Shown piece after piece: positions 1 through 10,192 of a stretch of 64,000 bases of DNA. How positions within the stretch are numbered: the stretch's first letter is position 1; each line of letters starts with the position of its first letter. Both the position numbers and the translations under genes were made by a program. The stretch comes from Ekhidna sp. Its GTDB lineage: Bacteria > Bacteroidota > Bacteroidia > Cytophagales > Cyclobacteriaceae. The notes beneath the pieces were generated by a model, which worked only from the letters and a program-made list of their open reading frames with translations, had not been told where the DNA came from and did not search any database. The DNA is taken from positions 6,010 to 70,009 of the forward strand of contig NZ_JBDVKP010000003.1 in assembly GCF_039960695.1 (NCBI RefSeq), written 5' to 3'.

Positions 1-806
1 AGAACAAAGACGGTCTCAGAGGGAAGTTCAAAGTGATAGGTCAAATTGGTTTAGGCTTATTGGTTGGTTTGGTGATGGTTTTTCATGAAGATATTGTGGT
101 AAGAGACTTCTCTGGTGAAGCTTTCAAAGATGAGAACTCGCTGCTCACAACCATCCCATTTGTAGCCAACAATGAATTTCAGTATGATTGGTTACTACCC
201 GATTTTCTGACTGATTATGCATGGGTACTTTACGTATTTGTAGTGATTTTCATTGTTACAGCGGTATCCAATGGGGCAAACATCACAGATGGTCTTGATG
301 GCCTGGCAGCAGGAACATGCGCGATTATTGGACTTACATTGGCAGTATTAGCCTATCTATCTGGTAATGCCATTTTTGCCGACTACCTAAATATTATGTT
401 TATCCCCAACTCTGGTGAGTTGGTGATCTTTTGTACCGCTTTTGTTGGAGCTTGTATAGGCTTCCTGTGGTACAATGCCTTCCCGGCACAGGTATTTATG
501 GGAGATACGGGTAGCCTATCTCTGGGAGGAATCATTGCTGTCCTTGCTTTCGTCATCAGAAAAGAATTTTTAATTCCGATCCTATGTGGAATCATAGTTA
601 TAGAAAACTTATCAGTAATCGTTCAGGTGGCTTATTTCAAGTACACCAAAAAGAAATATGGTGAGGGAAGAAGAGTACTATTAATGTCTCCTCTTCATCA
701 CCACTACCAAAAAAAGGGAATTCATGAAGCCAAGATCGTAGGCAGATTCTGGATCGTGGGAATTCTCTTAGCCATTTTCACACTTGCAACTCTAAAAATC
801 AGGTAA
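1..806 (+). CDS. mraY: phospho-N-acetylmuramoyl-pentapeptide transferase MraY, 5'-truncated by the window edge
   Basis: The frame is open from nt 3 ([14 protein letters not shown]...), so the GTG at 33 is internal. Motifs [23 protein letters not shown] and PLHHHY are present. It sits at the head of the mur/fts cluster. Confidence 0.9.
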   Translation, partial: NKDGLRGKFKVIGQIGLGLLVGLVMVFHEDIVVRDFSGEAFKDENSLLTTIPFVANNEFQYDWLLPDFLTDYAWVLYVFVVIFIVTAVSNGANITDGLDGLAAGTCAIIGLTLAVLAYLSGNAIFADYLNIMFIPNSGELVIFCTAFVGACIGFLWYNAFPAQVFMGDTGSLSLGGIIAVLAFVIRKEFLIPILCGIIVIENLSVIVQVAYFKYTKKKYGEGRRVLLMSPLHHHYQKKGIHEAKIVGRFWIVGILLAIFTLATLKIR

Positions 807-1174
807 TGACAGTAACAGAAATTCATGAATTAAACGAAAAATTTCAGAAAAGCGCAGTACAGCTTTCTGAGCTTATTCCTTCTGGCTCCTTAGTACAAGC
901 CACCTCTATGTTGATTAGATGTGCTCGCAAAATTGATGATCAATTTTCGAAGCTATTATCAGCCAATACAGAAATGAAGTTTGGTCAGATTATGGGCACC
1001 CTGGAAGATGAAACAGATGAAGTATTGTTCATTCTAGATCAATTGGAGATTGCAAATAAGAAACAACAAATCAGCTTGATAAACGACTTCCTGAAGGACG
1101 GTTATGATCTGATAGCATTGTACTCAAAATGCTTTGATTACATCATTGATAAAAAGGTAAAAGAAGAAGAATAA
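806..1174 (+). CDS. 122-aa acidic all-helical protein of unknown function, possibly in the four-helix-bundle (23S rRNA IVS protein-like) family
   Basis: The ORF exactly fills the mraY-murD gap and is coupled at both ends (TAATG at 804-808 and 1172-1176). It has no TM segment or signal peptide. The central segment (IRCARKIDDQF...KFGQIMGTLEDETDEVLFILDQLEIA) weakly resembles four-helix-bundle proteins. Confidence 0.5.
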   Translation: MTVTEIHELNEKFQKSAVQLSELIPSGSLVQATSMLIRCARKIDDQFSKLLSANTEMKFGQIMGTLEDETDEVLFILDQLEIANKKQQISLINDFLKDGYDLIALYSKCFDYIIDKKVKEEE

Positions 1175-2553
1175 TGAATGAACGCATAGTCATATTAGGC
1201 GGTGGTGAGAGCGGCGTAGGTGCAGCTCTACTTGCTCAGCAAAAGGGCTATGAAGTATTCTTGTCTGATGGTGCAAGCCTGGCTCCTGAGCGCAAAAGAG
1301 TGCTTAAAACACAGCGAATTGATTTTGAAGAGGGAGGACATTCCGAGGAGCTCATCATGAATGCTACATTGATAGTGAAAAGTCCAGGCATTCCTGATTC
1401 AGCGCCATTAATACAGCAGTTAGTTGCAAAAGACATTCCTGTCATTTCTGAAATAGAGTTTGCCTACAGATTCATAGATAAGTCCAAGGTGATAGCTATT
1501 ACAGGTACGAATGGAAAGACCACTACTTCGCTTTTGACTTATCACTTGTTAAAAACAGCAGGTTACAAAGTAGCGCTTGGTGGAAATGTGGGCAGAAGCC
1601 TGGCTGGACTGGTAGCCGAAGGCGAATTCCACTATTATGTGGTTGAAGTAAGTAGCTTTCAGCTAGATGGAATTGCCAATTTCAGACCAGATGTGGCTGT
1701 GTTGCTCAATATCACGCCTGATCACCTGGATAGATATGACTATAACTTCAATAAGTACGTCACATCCAAGTTTAGAATCATTGAAAATTTAACGAACGAA
1801 CACGCATTCATTTACTGTGCGGATTCTGAGCCGGTATCGGAAGAAATAAGTCGCAGAAAGATTGAAGCGACCATGTTTGCCATGACAACTTCAAACAATG
1901 ATAAGCTCAGTGCATACCTAAAAGATGAGCATCTGATATTTAATTATCAGTTCAAAAAAGATGAAAGACATTACCAGATTCCACTTTCGGAAATCTCATT
2001 GATTGGAAAACACAACATGGTCAATAGCATGGCTGCTGTGCTAAGTGCACTATGCATGGAAGTGCCGATTGAAAAGGTATTAAAAGGGCTAAAGAATTTT
2101 AAAAATGCACCACATAGACTAGAGTTTGTCAAAGAAATAGATGGTGTCGCTTACATCAATGACTCGAAGGCGACCAACGTGGATTCTGTTTATTACGCGC
2201 TTGATGGCGTGAAGGGAAACATCATATGGATTGCTGGAGGTATAGACAAAGGCAATGATTACGCTCAGTTAGATGAGTTAGTACATGATAAGGTCAAAGC
2301 ACTTATATGCATGGGAAAAGATAATCAGGCATTGACTGGATATTTTGGGTCAAAGATCGATCAAATCACAGAGGTTGATAGTGCGAAGAAGGCAGTAGAA
2401 AAAGCTCAGGAATGGGCGGAAGAAGGCGATGTAGTTTTACTATCTCCGGCATGCGCCAGCTTTGATCTATTTAATAACTATGAAGACAGGGGCGATAAGT
2501 TCAAACGGGCAATAAGCAAGCTGAGTAAGAAATTAAAATTGAAAGAGGCATGA
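1174..2553 (+). CDS. murD: UDP-N-acetylmuramoylalanine--D-glutamate ligase
   Basis: It has an N-terminal GGGESGVGAA Rossmann motif and the Mur ligase P-loop ITGTNGKTTT. Position in the dcw cluster fits. Confidence 0.95.
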   Translation: MNERIVILGGGESGVGAALLAQQKGYEVFLSDGASLAPERKRVLKTQRIDFEEGGHSEELIMNATLIVKSPGIPDSAPLIQQLVAKDIPVISEIEFAYRFIDKSKVIAITGTNGKTTTSLLTYHLLKTAGYKVALGGNVGRSLAGLVAEGEFHYYVVEVSSFQLDGIANFRPDVAVLLNITPDHLDRYDYNFNKYVTSKFRIIENLTNEHAFIYCADSEPVSEEISRRKIEATMFAMTTSNNDKLSAYLKDEHLIFNYQFKKDERHYQIPLSEISLIGKHNMVNSMAAVLSALCMEVPIEKVLKGLKNFKNAPHRLEFVKEIDGVAYINDSKATNVDSVYYALDGVKGNIIWIAGGIDKGNDYAQLDELVHDKVKALICMGKDNQALTGYFGSKIDQITEVDSAKKAVEKAQEWAEEGDVVLLSPACASFDLFNNYEDRGDKFKRAISKLSKKLKLKEA

Positions 2554-3701
2554 ACGAAATAAAAAATTGGGCATATCGAAACCTGAAAGGTGACCCGGTA
2601 ATCTGGTTCATCGTTCTCATTCTTTCGCTATTTAGTATACTGGTGGTATATAGCGCCACCGGAAGTCTTGCTTACAAGATGATGGATGGCAACACCGAGT
2701 ACTACCTGATCAAGCATTCCATTCTTGTGATTGTAAGTTTAGGTGCGATTTGGCTGGCTCATCGAATCGATTATCGATACTATTCCAAAATATCAAAGTT
2801 GGTTTTATGGCTATGTGTTCCATTGTTGATATTCACATGGGCATTTGGAACCAATATCAACGAGGCTTCTCGATGGTTAACAATCCCTGTAATTAATCAG
2901 GCATTCCAGCCATCAGATCTTGCGAAACTGGCATTACTTGTCACCTTGGCCAGTATGCTGGCTAAACGTCAAAATTCCATTGAAGACTTCCAAAAAGCGA
3001 TCGTGCCCATGCTATTCTGGATAGGTTTGATTTGTGGATTAATCGCATTGACCAATTTCTCGTCGGCTATCCTGCTATTCCTGACGTGTATGTTGGTGCT
3101 ATTCATCGGACGCGTACCAATGAAGTATCTGGCAATGTTGGTTGTGATATGTGCCTCGTTTGGATCAGTAGCATTTATGATAGGCCAGCGTGGCGGCACG
3201 GCCATTTCACGGGTCGAAGACTTTATCAATAACGATACCCCATATCAGGCAAAACAAGCATATATCGCAATTGCGTCAGGTGGCGTAATTGGAAAAGGCC
3301 CTGGACAAAGTGATCAAAGAAACTTCTTGCCACATCCTTATTCTGACTTCATCTATGCTATCATTTTGGAAGAGTATGGGCTGATTGGCGGGATCACAAT
3401 TTTATTTTTATACCTCGCATTGCTTTATCGAGGCATGAAAGCAGCAGAGGACAATGATCGGGCATACGGAGGATTACTATCCGCAGGGCTCAGTTTTGCG
3501 CTAGTCATACAAGCGCTCGTGAATATGGGTGTAGCAGTAGGTTTAGGCCCAGTTACGGGATTGACACTTCCATTCATAAGTATGGGAGGTACCTCACAGC
3601 TTTTTGCTGGTTTAGCGCTTGGAATCATCTTAAGCGTGAGTAGGGGAGAGATTGATCAGTTTGGAAATACAATTGGTAACCAATATAAAGAAGCAGCGTA
3701 A
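2550..3701 (+). CDS. ftsW: SEDS-family peptidoglycan glycosyltransferase FtsW
   Basis: It is a multi-TM protein with EASRWLTIP, LPHPYSDFIYA and PFISMGGTSQL motifs. An ATGA overlap links it to the murD stop. Confidence 0.9.
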   Translation: MNEIKNWAYRNLKGDPVIWFIVLILSLFSILVVYSATGSLAYKMMDGNTEYYLIKHSILVIVSLGAIWLAHRIDYRYYSKISKLVLWLCVPLLIFTWAFGTNINEASRWLTIPVINQAFQPSDLAKLALLVTLASMLAKRQNSIEDFQKAIVPMLFWIGLICGLIALTNFSSAILLFLTCMLVLFIGRVPMKYLAMLVVICASFGSVAFMIGQRGGTAISRVEDFINNDTPYQAKQAYIAIASGGVIGKGPGQSDQRNFLPHPYSDFIYAIILEEYGLIGGITILFLYLALLYRGMKAAEDNDRAYGGLLSAGLSFALVIQALVNMGVAVGLGPVTGLTLPFISMGGTSQLFAGLALGIILSVSRGEIDQFGNTIGNQYKEAA

Positions 3702-3727
3702 TCGAGCAGGAACGAACATATCGGATA

Positions 3728-4807
3728 ATGATTAGCGGTGGAGGCACAGGAGGTCACATCTATCCTGCTATTTCAATTGCACAAGCGTTGAAGGACACAC
3801 TTCAACACGTGGAAATTCTATTTGTAGGTGCAAAAGGAAAGATGGAGATGGATAAAGTTCCGGCTGCCGGCTTTGAAATTGAAGGGCTTTGGATCAGTGG
3901 AATTCAGCGCAAAATCACTGCAGGAAATCTGATGTTTCCATTCAAACTGGTATCCAGCATTGTTAAATCCTACGGTTTACTCAAGAAATTCAGGCCTGAT
4001 GTGGTGGTAGGTGTAGGTGGGTACGCTAGTGGTCCATTGCTTTATGCAGCTACTAAGAAAGGAGTTCCAACCCTTATTCAAGAGCAAAATTCATACGCAG
4101 GACTTACCAATAAATGGCTAGCAAAAAAAGTAAATAAGATATGTGTAGCTCACGATGGTATGGAGAAATACTTCCCTGCTGATAAGCTCGTGGTGACTGG
4201 AAATCCAGTACGGAAAACAATCAAACTAAATCAGAACCGAAGAGGCGAAGCATTTAAGTATTTTGAACTTGATGCCGCCAAACCTACACTCTTAGTAATA
4301 GGCGGAAGTTTAGGAGCAAGGACACTAAATGAAAGCATTATCACTGGTCTGGAGAAATTGAAAAAAGAAGGCATTCAGCTGATCTGGCAATGCGGAGGAT
4401 TTTATCACGAAGAGATGAAGGAGCGTGCAGAAGGCAAGGGAGGAAAGGTAATTTTGAAAGACTTTATATTTCAAATGGATTTCGCCTATGCATGTGCAAA
4501 TGTGGTAATATCAAGAGCCGGCGCACTTTCTATCGCCGAGCTGATGCTCACAGGGAAGCCTTCCATTCTGGTACCTTCTCCTAATGTCGCGGAGGATCAT
4601 CAAACCATCAATGCACAAGCGTTGGTAGATAATGATGCAGCTGAAATGGTAAAGGATGGAGTGGCAATGGAAAGACTTGTGGACGAAGCGATCAAACTAT
4701 TAAACGACAAAAAAAAACAAGCAAAGCTTTCAAAAAGTATACATGCAATGGCGCACGAAAATGCTGCCGTTGACATTGCAAATGAAGTAATTAAACTCAT
4801 AGCCTAA
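3728..4807 (+). CDS. murG: UDP-N-acetylglucosamine--N-acetylmuramyl-(pentapeptide) pyrophosphoryl-undecaprenol GlcNAc transferase
   Basis: Motifs GGGTGGHIYPA, GGSLGA and EDHQTINA are present, and the dcw position fits. Confidence 0.95.
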   Translation: MISGGGTGGHIYPAISIAQALKDTLQHVEILFVGAKGKMEMDKVPAAGFEIEGLWISGIQRKITAGNLMFPFKLVSSIVKSYGLLKKFRPDVVVGVGGYASGPLLYAATKKGVPTLIQEQNSYAGLTNKWLAKKVNKICVAHDGMEKYFPADKLVVTGNPVRKTIKLNQNRRGEAFKYFELDAAKPTLLVIGGSLGARTLNESIITGLEKLKKEGIQLIWQCGGFYHEEMKERAEGKGGKVILKDFIFQMDFAYACANVVISRAGALSIAELMLTGKPSILVPSPNVAEDHQTINAQALVDNDAAEMVKDGVAMERLVDEAIKLLNDKKKQAKLSKSIHAMAHENAAVDIANEVIKLIA

Positions 4808-6237
4808 TGGAATTAAAAGAAGTAAATAGCGTCTATTTTATCGGTATCGGTGGTATTGGTATGAGTGCGTTGGCTCGCTGGTTCCATGCGAAGAAAATGC
4901 CAGTAGCAGGCTATGATAAGACTGAATCCGATCTGACAAAGCAGTTGGTAGAAGAGGGGATGGAAATTCACTATCAGGATCAACTGGATCTAATACCGGA
5001 TTCCTTTCTGGAAAAAGAAGGAACACTGGTGGTGTATACTCCAGCCATCCCTGCTGATCACATGGAATTGAATTACTTCCGCGATAATGGATTCGAGGTG
5101 AAGAAACGATCTGAAGTACTTGGTATGATCACAGCAAACCATTTCACTATAGCTGTTGCAGGTACTCACGGAAAAACCACTACTACTTCTATGATCGCTC
5201 ACCTTTTGAGCGTATCGAGGAAAGGTTGTTCGGCATTTGTAGGAGGCATCATGACCAATACAGGTACCAATCTCATGATTGGAGATTCCAATGCACCGGT
5301 AGTGGTAGAAGCGGATGAATACGACCGCTCATTTATGCAATTAAATCCGAACTATATCATCATCACCTCACTAGATCCGGATCACCTCGATATCTATGGG
5401 GACGAAACAGCAATGCTTGATACCTACGAAGAGTTTGTGAAGAAGACACCTAAAGACGGAAAAGTCTTGATGTACTCGGAAGCAGGATTTAAAATCAACC
5501 CTGGTAACAAATACACCTCATACGCGATTCGGAACGGTGATGCAGTGGCGGATGCACTCCGAATTGTGAATGGAGCTTTCGTATTCACTTATAGGTATGG
5601 CATGGAGAAAATTTCTGACGTTTATGTGGAAGTTCCTGGCTATCACAATGTTGAAAATGCACTTGCTGCAATTACAGTTGCATTGGATATGGGGATGGAG
5701 GGTAAAGAGATTCGTAAGCGCATGAAGACTTATTCTGGCGTAAAACGAAGGTTTGAATACGTATACAGAAGCCCACATATTACTTTGATTGATGATTATG
5801 CGCATCACCCCGAAGAGATTAAGGCCTTTTTGAAGTCTGTACGATCATTGTCTGGAAAACGAAAGATAACCGCAATTTTTCAACCACATCTGTATTCACG
5901 GACAAGGGATTTTAAAGCGGCATTTGCAGAAGCTTTAGACAAAGCAGACGAAATTATACTATTGGATATCTATCCAGCTCGTGAAGAACCCATTGAAGGA
6001 ATTACTTCGAAATCCATCTTCGAATTGATGGAAAATGAGAAAAAAGTAATGGTTTCCAAAGAGAATTTGTACGACGAGCTGGACAAGCACAACCTGGATA
6101 TTGTACTGACTATTGGAGCCGGTGATATTGATCGTGAGGTTCCCAAGATTACTAAATACCTCAAGAATAGGTTTGAACCTAAACTTGATGAAGATTCTGA
6201 GTCTGAAGAAAATTCTAAAGCCAACGAAGATGAGTAA
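4807..6237 (+). CDS. murC: UDP-N-acetylmuramate--L-alanine ligase, with an acidic C-terminal tail
   Basis: Motifs GIGGIGMSALA and GTHGKTTTTSM are present. The tail reads EPKLDEDSESEENSKANEDE. Confidence 0.95.
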   Translation: MELKEVNSVYFIGIGGIGMSALARWFHAKKMPVAGYDKTESDLTKQLVEEGMEIHYQDQLDLIPDSFLEKEGTLVVYTPAIPADHMELNYFRDNGFEVKKRSEVLGMITANHFTIAVAGTHGKTTTTSMIAHLLSVSRKGCSAFVGGIMTNTGTNLMIGDSNAPVVVEADEYDRSFMQLNPNYIIITSLDPDHLDIYGDETAMLDTYEEFVKKTPKDGKVLMYSEAGFKINPGNKYTSYAIRNGDAVADALRIVNGAFVFTYRYGMEKISDVYVEVPGYHNVENALAAITVALDMGMEGKEIRKRMKTYSGVKRRFEYVYRSPHITLIDDYAHHPEEIKAFLKSVRSLSGKRKITAIFQPHLYSRTRDFKAAFAEALDKADEIILLDIYPAREEPIEGITSKSIFELMENEKKVMVSKENLYDELDKHNLDIVLTIGAGDIDREVPKITKYLKNRFEPKLDEDSESEENSKANEDE

Positions 6238-6988
6238 GGAAGAGAAGAAAAATATGCTGATCTACTCGTTTAGTGGTTTGCTTCTACTAAGCCTAATCAC
6301 CTTTGCTGGAGTAAAGAACAATGGTCGCGTTATCGATAAAGTGAAAGTAGAAATCCTCGAGCATGATGGAATCTTCTTCACTGATCAGCTCGAAGTTGTA
6401 GATCTGATGACAGATAAAAGTGCGGATTACGTGATTGGTGTAGAGATGGGAAATTTGGAACCAAAGATCTTAGAGGAACGCGTGGAGGCCAATCCGTTTG
6501 TTAAGGATGCACAGGTATATAGAGACCTAAAAGGAAATCTTCAGGTCAAAGTGAAGCAAAGCAAACCAATCGCACGCTTATTCATCGATGGCATGAATGA
6601 TAGATACATCGATTCTGATGGTAGAGTCTTACCAGTCAATGCAAAGCATACAGCTCGCGTACCGCTAATGGAGACAGACTTTGAGTTTGGTTGGGAGAAA
6701 AATCTGAATGAGAGTAAGTATGGCACTCAAGTATTTGAACTATTGAAATACATCGAAAAGGATGCATTCTGGAAAGCACAGATAGCGCATATCTTCATTA
6801 AGAAGGATGGAGAGATAGAAATCTACCCACAAGTGACCAAGCAAGTTATAACGTTTGGAATGCCAGTGGATTTAGATAGTAAGTTTTCAAAACTGATGAC
6901 TTTCTACAAAGAGATATTACCCAAAAAGGGATGGAACACTTACGACAGAGTAAATCTGAAGTTTGAAAATCAAATTATTTGCGAATAG
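6230..6988 (+). CDS. ftsQ: cell division protein FtsQ
   Basis: It has a basic N-terminus, one TM segment (LIYSFSGLLLLSLITFAGV) and a POTRA-like body, and lies between murC and ftsA. The ATG at 6230 (MSKEEKK) overlaps the murC stop by 8 nt. I prefer it to the track start at 6113. Confidence 0.8.
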   Translation: MSKEEKKNMLIYSFSGLLLLSLITFAGVKNNGRVIDKVKVEILEHDGIFFTDQLEVVDLMTDKSADYVIGVEMGNLEPKILEERVEANPFVKDAQVYRDLKGNLQVKVKQSKPIARLFIDGMNDRYIDSDGRVLPVNAKHTARVPLMETDFEFGWEKNLNESKYGTQVFELLKYIEKDAFWKAQIAHIFIKKDGEIEIYPQVTKQVITFGMPVDLDSKFSKLMTFYKEILPKKGWNTYDRVNLKFENQIICE

Positions 6989-7012
6989 TAATCACCACGA
7001 AATAAAGAAATT

Positions 7013-8308
7013 ATGGAAGACAAAATCATCGTAGGATTAGACATAGGCACCACAAAGATTTGTGCCATTGTAGGTAAGAAAAATGAATACGGAAAGCTCG
7101 AAATTTTGGGCATGGGCAAGGCTGTGTCCGACGGTGTGATCCGTGGAATCGTAACAAACATTGACAAGACTGTCAGGGCCATTGAAAAGGCGATAGCGGA
7201 AGCTAGTGAGCAGTCTGGAATTGATATTGGTGTTGTCAATGTGGGTATAGCGGGTCAGCACATCAAGAGTGCTGTCCACCATGGTGGGATTACACGCGAA
7301 GACGCTGAAGGTGAAATAACGATTGAGGATCTGACCAGATTGAATAGTGATATGCATCGCATTGTCACGCCTCCAGGTAGCGAAATCATTCATGTGATGC
7401 CTCAGGATTATATCGTGGATTACGAAGATGGCATCATGGATCCGGTAGGAATGACGGGTGTGAAGCTAGAAGCCGACTTCCATATTATAACTGCACAGAC
7501 CAATGCAATCAACAACATAAACAAGTGTGTGAAGAAAGCTGGGCTCCAGATTGAGAATCTCATTTTGGAACCACTCGCGTCCAGCTTATCTGTTCTCAGC
7601 GACGAAGAAAAAGAAGCAGGAGTTTGTTTGGTGGACATAGGCGGCGGCACCACGGATGTGGCCGTATTCTATGACAACATCATCCGACATACAGCTGTGA
7701 TTCCTTTTGGTGGGAATATCATCACCTCTGACATCAAACAAGGATGCATGGTGATGGAGCATCAGGCAGAACTACTCAAAACTAAGTTTGGTAAAGCCAT
7801 TTCGGAAGAAGCAAGTCCAAATGAAATAGTCTCAATTCCAGGATTAAGAAACAGACCTCCAAAAGAAATCTCTATTAAAAACCTGGCGCATATCATAGAA
7901 GCCAGAATGGAAGAGATCATTGAGCTGGTACATACCGAGATCATTAGCTCTGGCTATAACAAGAAGCTAGCGGCAGGTATCGTGGTGACAGGTGGTGGAT
8001 CGCAGTTGACCAATTTGAGTCAGCTGTTTGAATACATGACCGGACTGGACGCACGCATCGGTTATCCAAACGAGCACCTGGGAAGAAGTAAAGTAGATGC
8101 AGCGAAGAGCCCAATGTTCGCGACCACCGTAGGTCTGGTACTATCTGGTTTCAAAGCATTAGATATTCGCCAGGCAAGGTATTCGGAAGCCCCATCTATG
8201 AAAGGGGACGGAAAGAAAAAAATGAAACAAGGCAACAAGTTCTTTTCCAACATTTTGGAGAAAACCAAAGGCCTTTTAATCGATGATTTTGATGATAAAA
8301 TAAACTAG
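7013..8308 (+). CDS. ftsA: cell division protein FtsA
   Basis: Actin-fold motifs GLDIGTTKICAIVG and LVDIGGGTTDVAVF are present. Confidence 0.95.
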   Translation: MEDKIIVGLDIGTTKICAIVGKKNEYGKLEILGMGKAVSDGVIRGIVTNIDKTVRAIEKAIAEASEQSGIDIGVVNVGIAGQHIKSAVHHGGITREDAEGEITIEDLTRLNSDMHRIVTPPGSEIIHVMPQDYIVDYEDGIMDPVGMTGVKLEADFHIITAQTNAINNINKCVKKAGLQIENLILEPLASSLSVLSDEEKEAGVCLVDIGGGTTDVAVFYDNIIRHTAVIPFGGNIITSDIKQGCMVMEHQAELLKTKFGKAISEEASPNEIVSIPGLRNRPPKEISIKNLAHIIEARMEEIIELVHTEIISSGYNKKLAAGIVVTGGGSQLTNLSQLFEYMTGLDARIGYPNEHLGRSKVDAAKSPMFATTVGLVLSGFKALDIRQARYSEAPSMKGDGKKKMKQGNKFFSNILEKTKGLLIDDFDDKIN

Positions 8309-8381
8309 TTGCAAGTCCCAAGCTATAAGCTTCAAGTTCAACCTTGAAACTTGCTCCTTGACACTTAAAACTTTTACAATT

Positions 8382-9941
8382 ATGGCAGAAAATATGTATC
8401 AATTCGACTTACCGTCACATCACAAATCCATCATCAAGGTGGTAGGTGTTGGAGGTGGCGGAAGCAACGCTGTTAATCACATGTACAGCCTGGGGATCCG
8501 GGACGTAGAATTTGTGGTTTGTAACACCGACCATCAGGCGCTGGAAAGCAGCGCGGTACCAAACAGGCTTCAGATAGGAAACAATCTGACAAGCGGTTTA
8601 GGAGCAGGGGCAAACCCTGAAAGAGGCAAGAATGCCGCGATAGAAAGCAAAGAAGAAATTCGTGACCTACTCTCGCAAGACACGAAAATGGTCTTCATCA
8701 CTGCAGGAATGGGAGGAGGTACCGGTACGGGTGCTGCTCCGGTAATTGCGCAGGTAGCAAGTGAGCTGGATATCCTGACTGTAGGAATTGTGACAGCACC
8801 TTTTGCTTTTGAAGGAAAGAAAAAAATGAAGGCAGCTGAGGAAGGAATCAAAGAACTGAAGAAGTATTGCGATACCGTACTTGTGATCATGAACGATAAA
8901 CTTCGTGAGATCTACGGCAATCTTTCCATAAGTGAGGCATTTGCTGAAGCCGATAACGTATTGACCACTGCGGCCAAAGGAATCGCGGAGATCATAACTG
9001 TACCTGGATATGTAAACGTCGATTTTGAAGATGTGAAAACAGTGATGAAAGGAGCAGGCCCGGCAGTGATGGGATCATCTAAAACAATTGGTGACAACAG
9101 AGCACGTAGAGCAGCTGAAGAGGCGCTCAACTCTCCACTATTGAATCAGCAGGATATTTATGGTGCTGAGAAGATTCTTCTTTCCATCATTTCGGGTGAG
9201 GAAGCGGAACTTCAAATGGATGAGCTTACAGATATCACAGATTACATTCAGGAGTATGCGGGTGATAATGCTGAAGTAATTTTTGGTCACGGCGTGGATG
9301 GTAGTTTAGGTGAAAACATTCGGGTCACGGTCATCGCAACCGGATTTGGAAAAGTAGCAGAAGATGGTGAGTACATCTCTAAAGAGGAGGAAGCTCGCAG
9401 ATTTGATCTGAACTCTCAACGGGAAATCGATGAAAACAAGCAGGTAGGAAATACTTCAGACTTCATGTTTGAGATCGAAGATACCAAAGACAAAGAAGGT
9501 GTTGAAGATTGGAACTATGAGTTTAGCTCATTGAAAGATGAGATAAAACGAGAAGTAGAAGAAGAGGAGCAACGCCACAAACGACCATCCGATCAGTCGT
9601 CTTTTGAATTCGATTTTACGAGTGGCTTTGATAAAGAGTATGAAGAAGACGTTCATGAAGAGGAGGTAAATATCGAAGATGCCTTTGATGCTTCACCAAG
9701 TTCTAAGCAAGTACGATTGGCACAGGAACGAGCAGAGCGTGAAGCAATGTTCACGAGTAAGAAGTTTGAAATGGAAACGGAGGAATTCAAGGAGCGACTG
9801 GATGTTCCGGCATACGAGCGCAAGCAAGTAAAACTCCAAAATGTTCCTCACTCTTCCGAGCGAAACATTTCGAAATTCAACCTGAATGAGGAAAATCAAA
9901 TTTTAGGAAACAATAAATTCTTGCACGATAATGTGGATTAA
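8382..9941 (+). CDS. ftsZ: cell division GTPase FtsZ, with a long acidic C-terminal linker
   Basis: Motifs GVGGGGSNAVNHM and GGGTGTGAAPV (tubulin signature) are present. I prefer the ATG at 8382 (MAENMYQF) to the TTG at 8358. Confidence 0.93.
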   Translation: MAENMYQFDLPSHHKSIIKVVGVGGGGSNAVNHMYSLGIRDVEFVVCNTDHQALESSAVPNRLQIGNNLTSGLGAGANPERGKNAAIESKEEIRDLLSQDTKMVFITAGMGGGTGTGAAPVIAQVASELDILTVGIVTAPFAFEGKKKMKAAEEGIKELKKYCDTVLVIMNDKLREIYGNLSISEAFAEADNVLTTAAKGIAEIITVPGYVNVDFEDVKTVMKGAGPAVMGSSKTIGDNRARRAAEEALNSPLLNQQDIYGAEKILLSIISGEEAELQMDELTDITDYIQEYAGDNAEVIFGHGVDGSLGENIRVTVIATGFGKVAEDGEYISKEEEARRFDLNSQREIDENKQVGNTSDFMFEIEDTKDKEGVEDWNYEFSSLKDEIKREVEEEEQRHKRPSDQSSFEFDFTSGFDKEYEEDVHEEEVNIEDAFDASPSSKQVRLAQERAEREAMFTSKKFEMETEEFKERLDVPAYERKQVKLQNVPHSSERNISKFNLNEENQILGNNKFLHDNVD

Positions 9942-10086
9942 AATCTGAAAGATTTTAATCCATCCCTCGTGAATTGAGGGATATGTTTCCAGCATCATGA
10001 GTTGATGATTGGGAATCTAAAAAAATGGTTAACGTAGGTGTTAGTCATACACGTGCCGGACGTGATCCGGTATTCTGCCAAGAATA

Positions 10087-10108
10087 AGCCCCGGCCAAGG
10101 TCGGGGCT
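10087..10108. terminator. candidate bidirectional terminator hairpin between the convergent ftsZ and acyltransferase genes
   Basis: A perfect 7-bp GC-rich stem AGCCCCG/CGGGGCT closes an 8-nt loop. T-rich tracts follow on both strands (TGATTGTTT on +, TTATTCTT on -). Confidence 0.55.
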
Positions 10109-10192
10109 TGATTGTTTAAAATAGGTAATTAAATAGCGTGAGGGGTGTTCTGTGAGATTGATTCAGCATCTTCGAGTAGTAAAGCTAGAAGC

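Noticed and set aside
6113-6229. Upstream extension of ftsQ that overlaps murC by 125 nt.
   Set aside because: The extension is basic and Leu-rich out-of-frame read-through of the murC 3' end. The ATG at 6230 gives the expected short cytoplasmic tail plus TM segment.
8333-8353. Imperfect inverted repeat CAAGTTCAA-cc-TTGAAACTTG between ftsA and ftsZ, considered as a regulatory hairpin.
   Set aside because: The 2-nt loop is sterically implausible, one base is bulged, and no T-run follows. I cannot distinguish it from chance in an AT-rich spacer.
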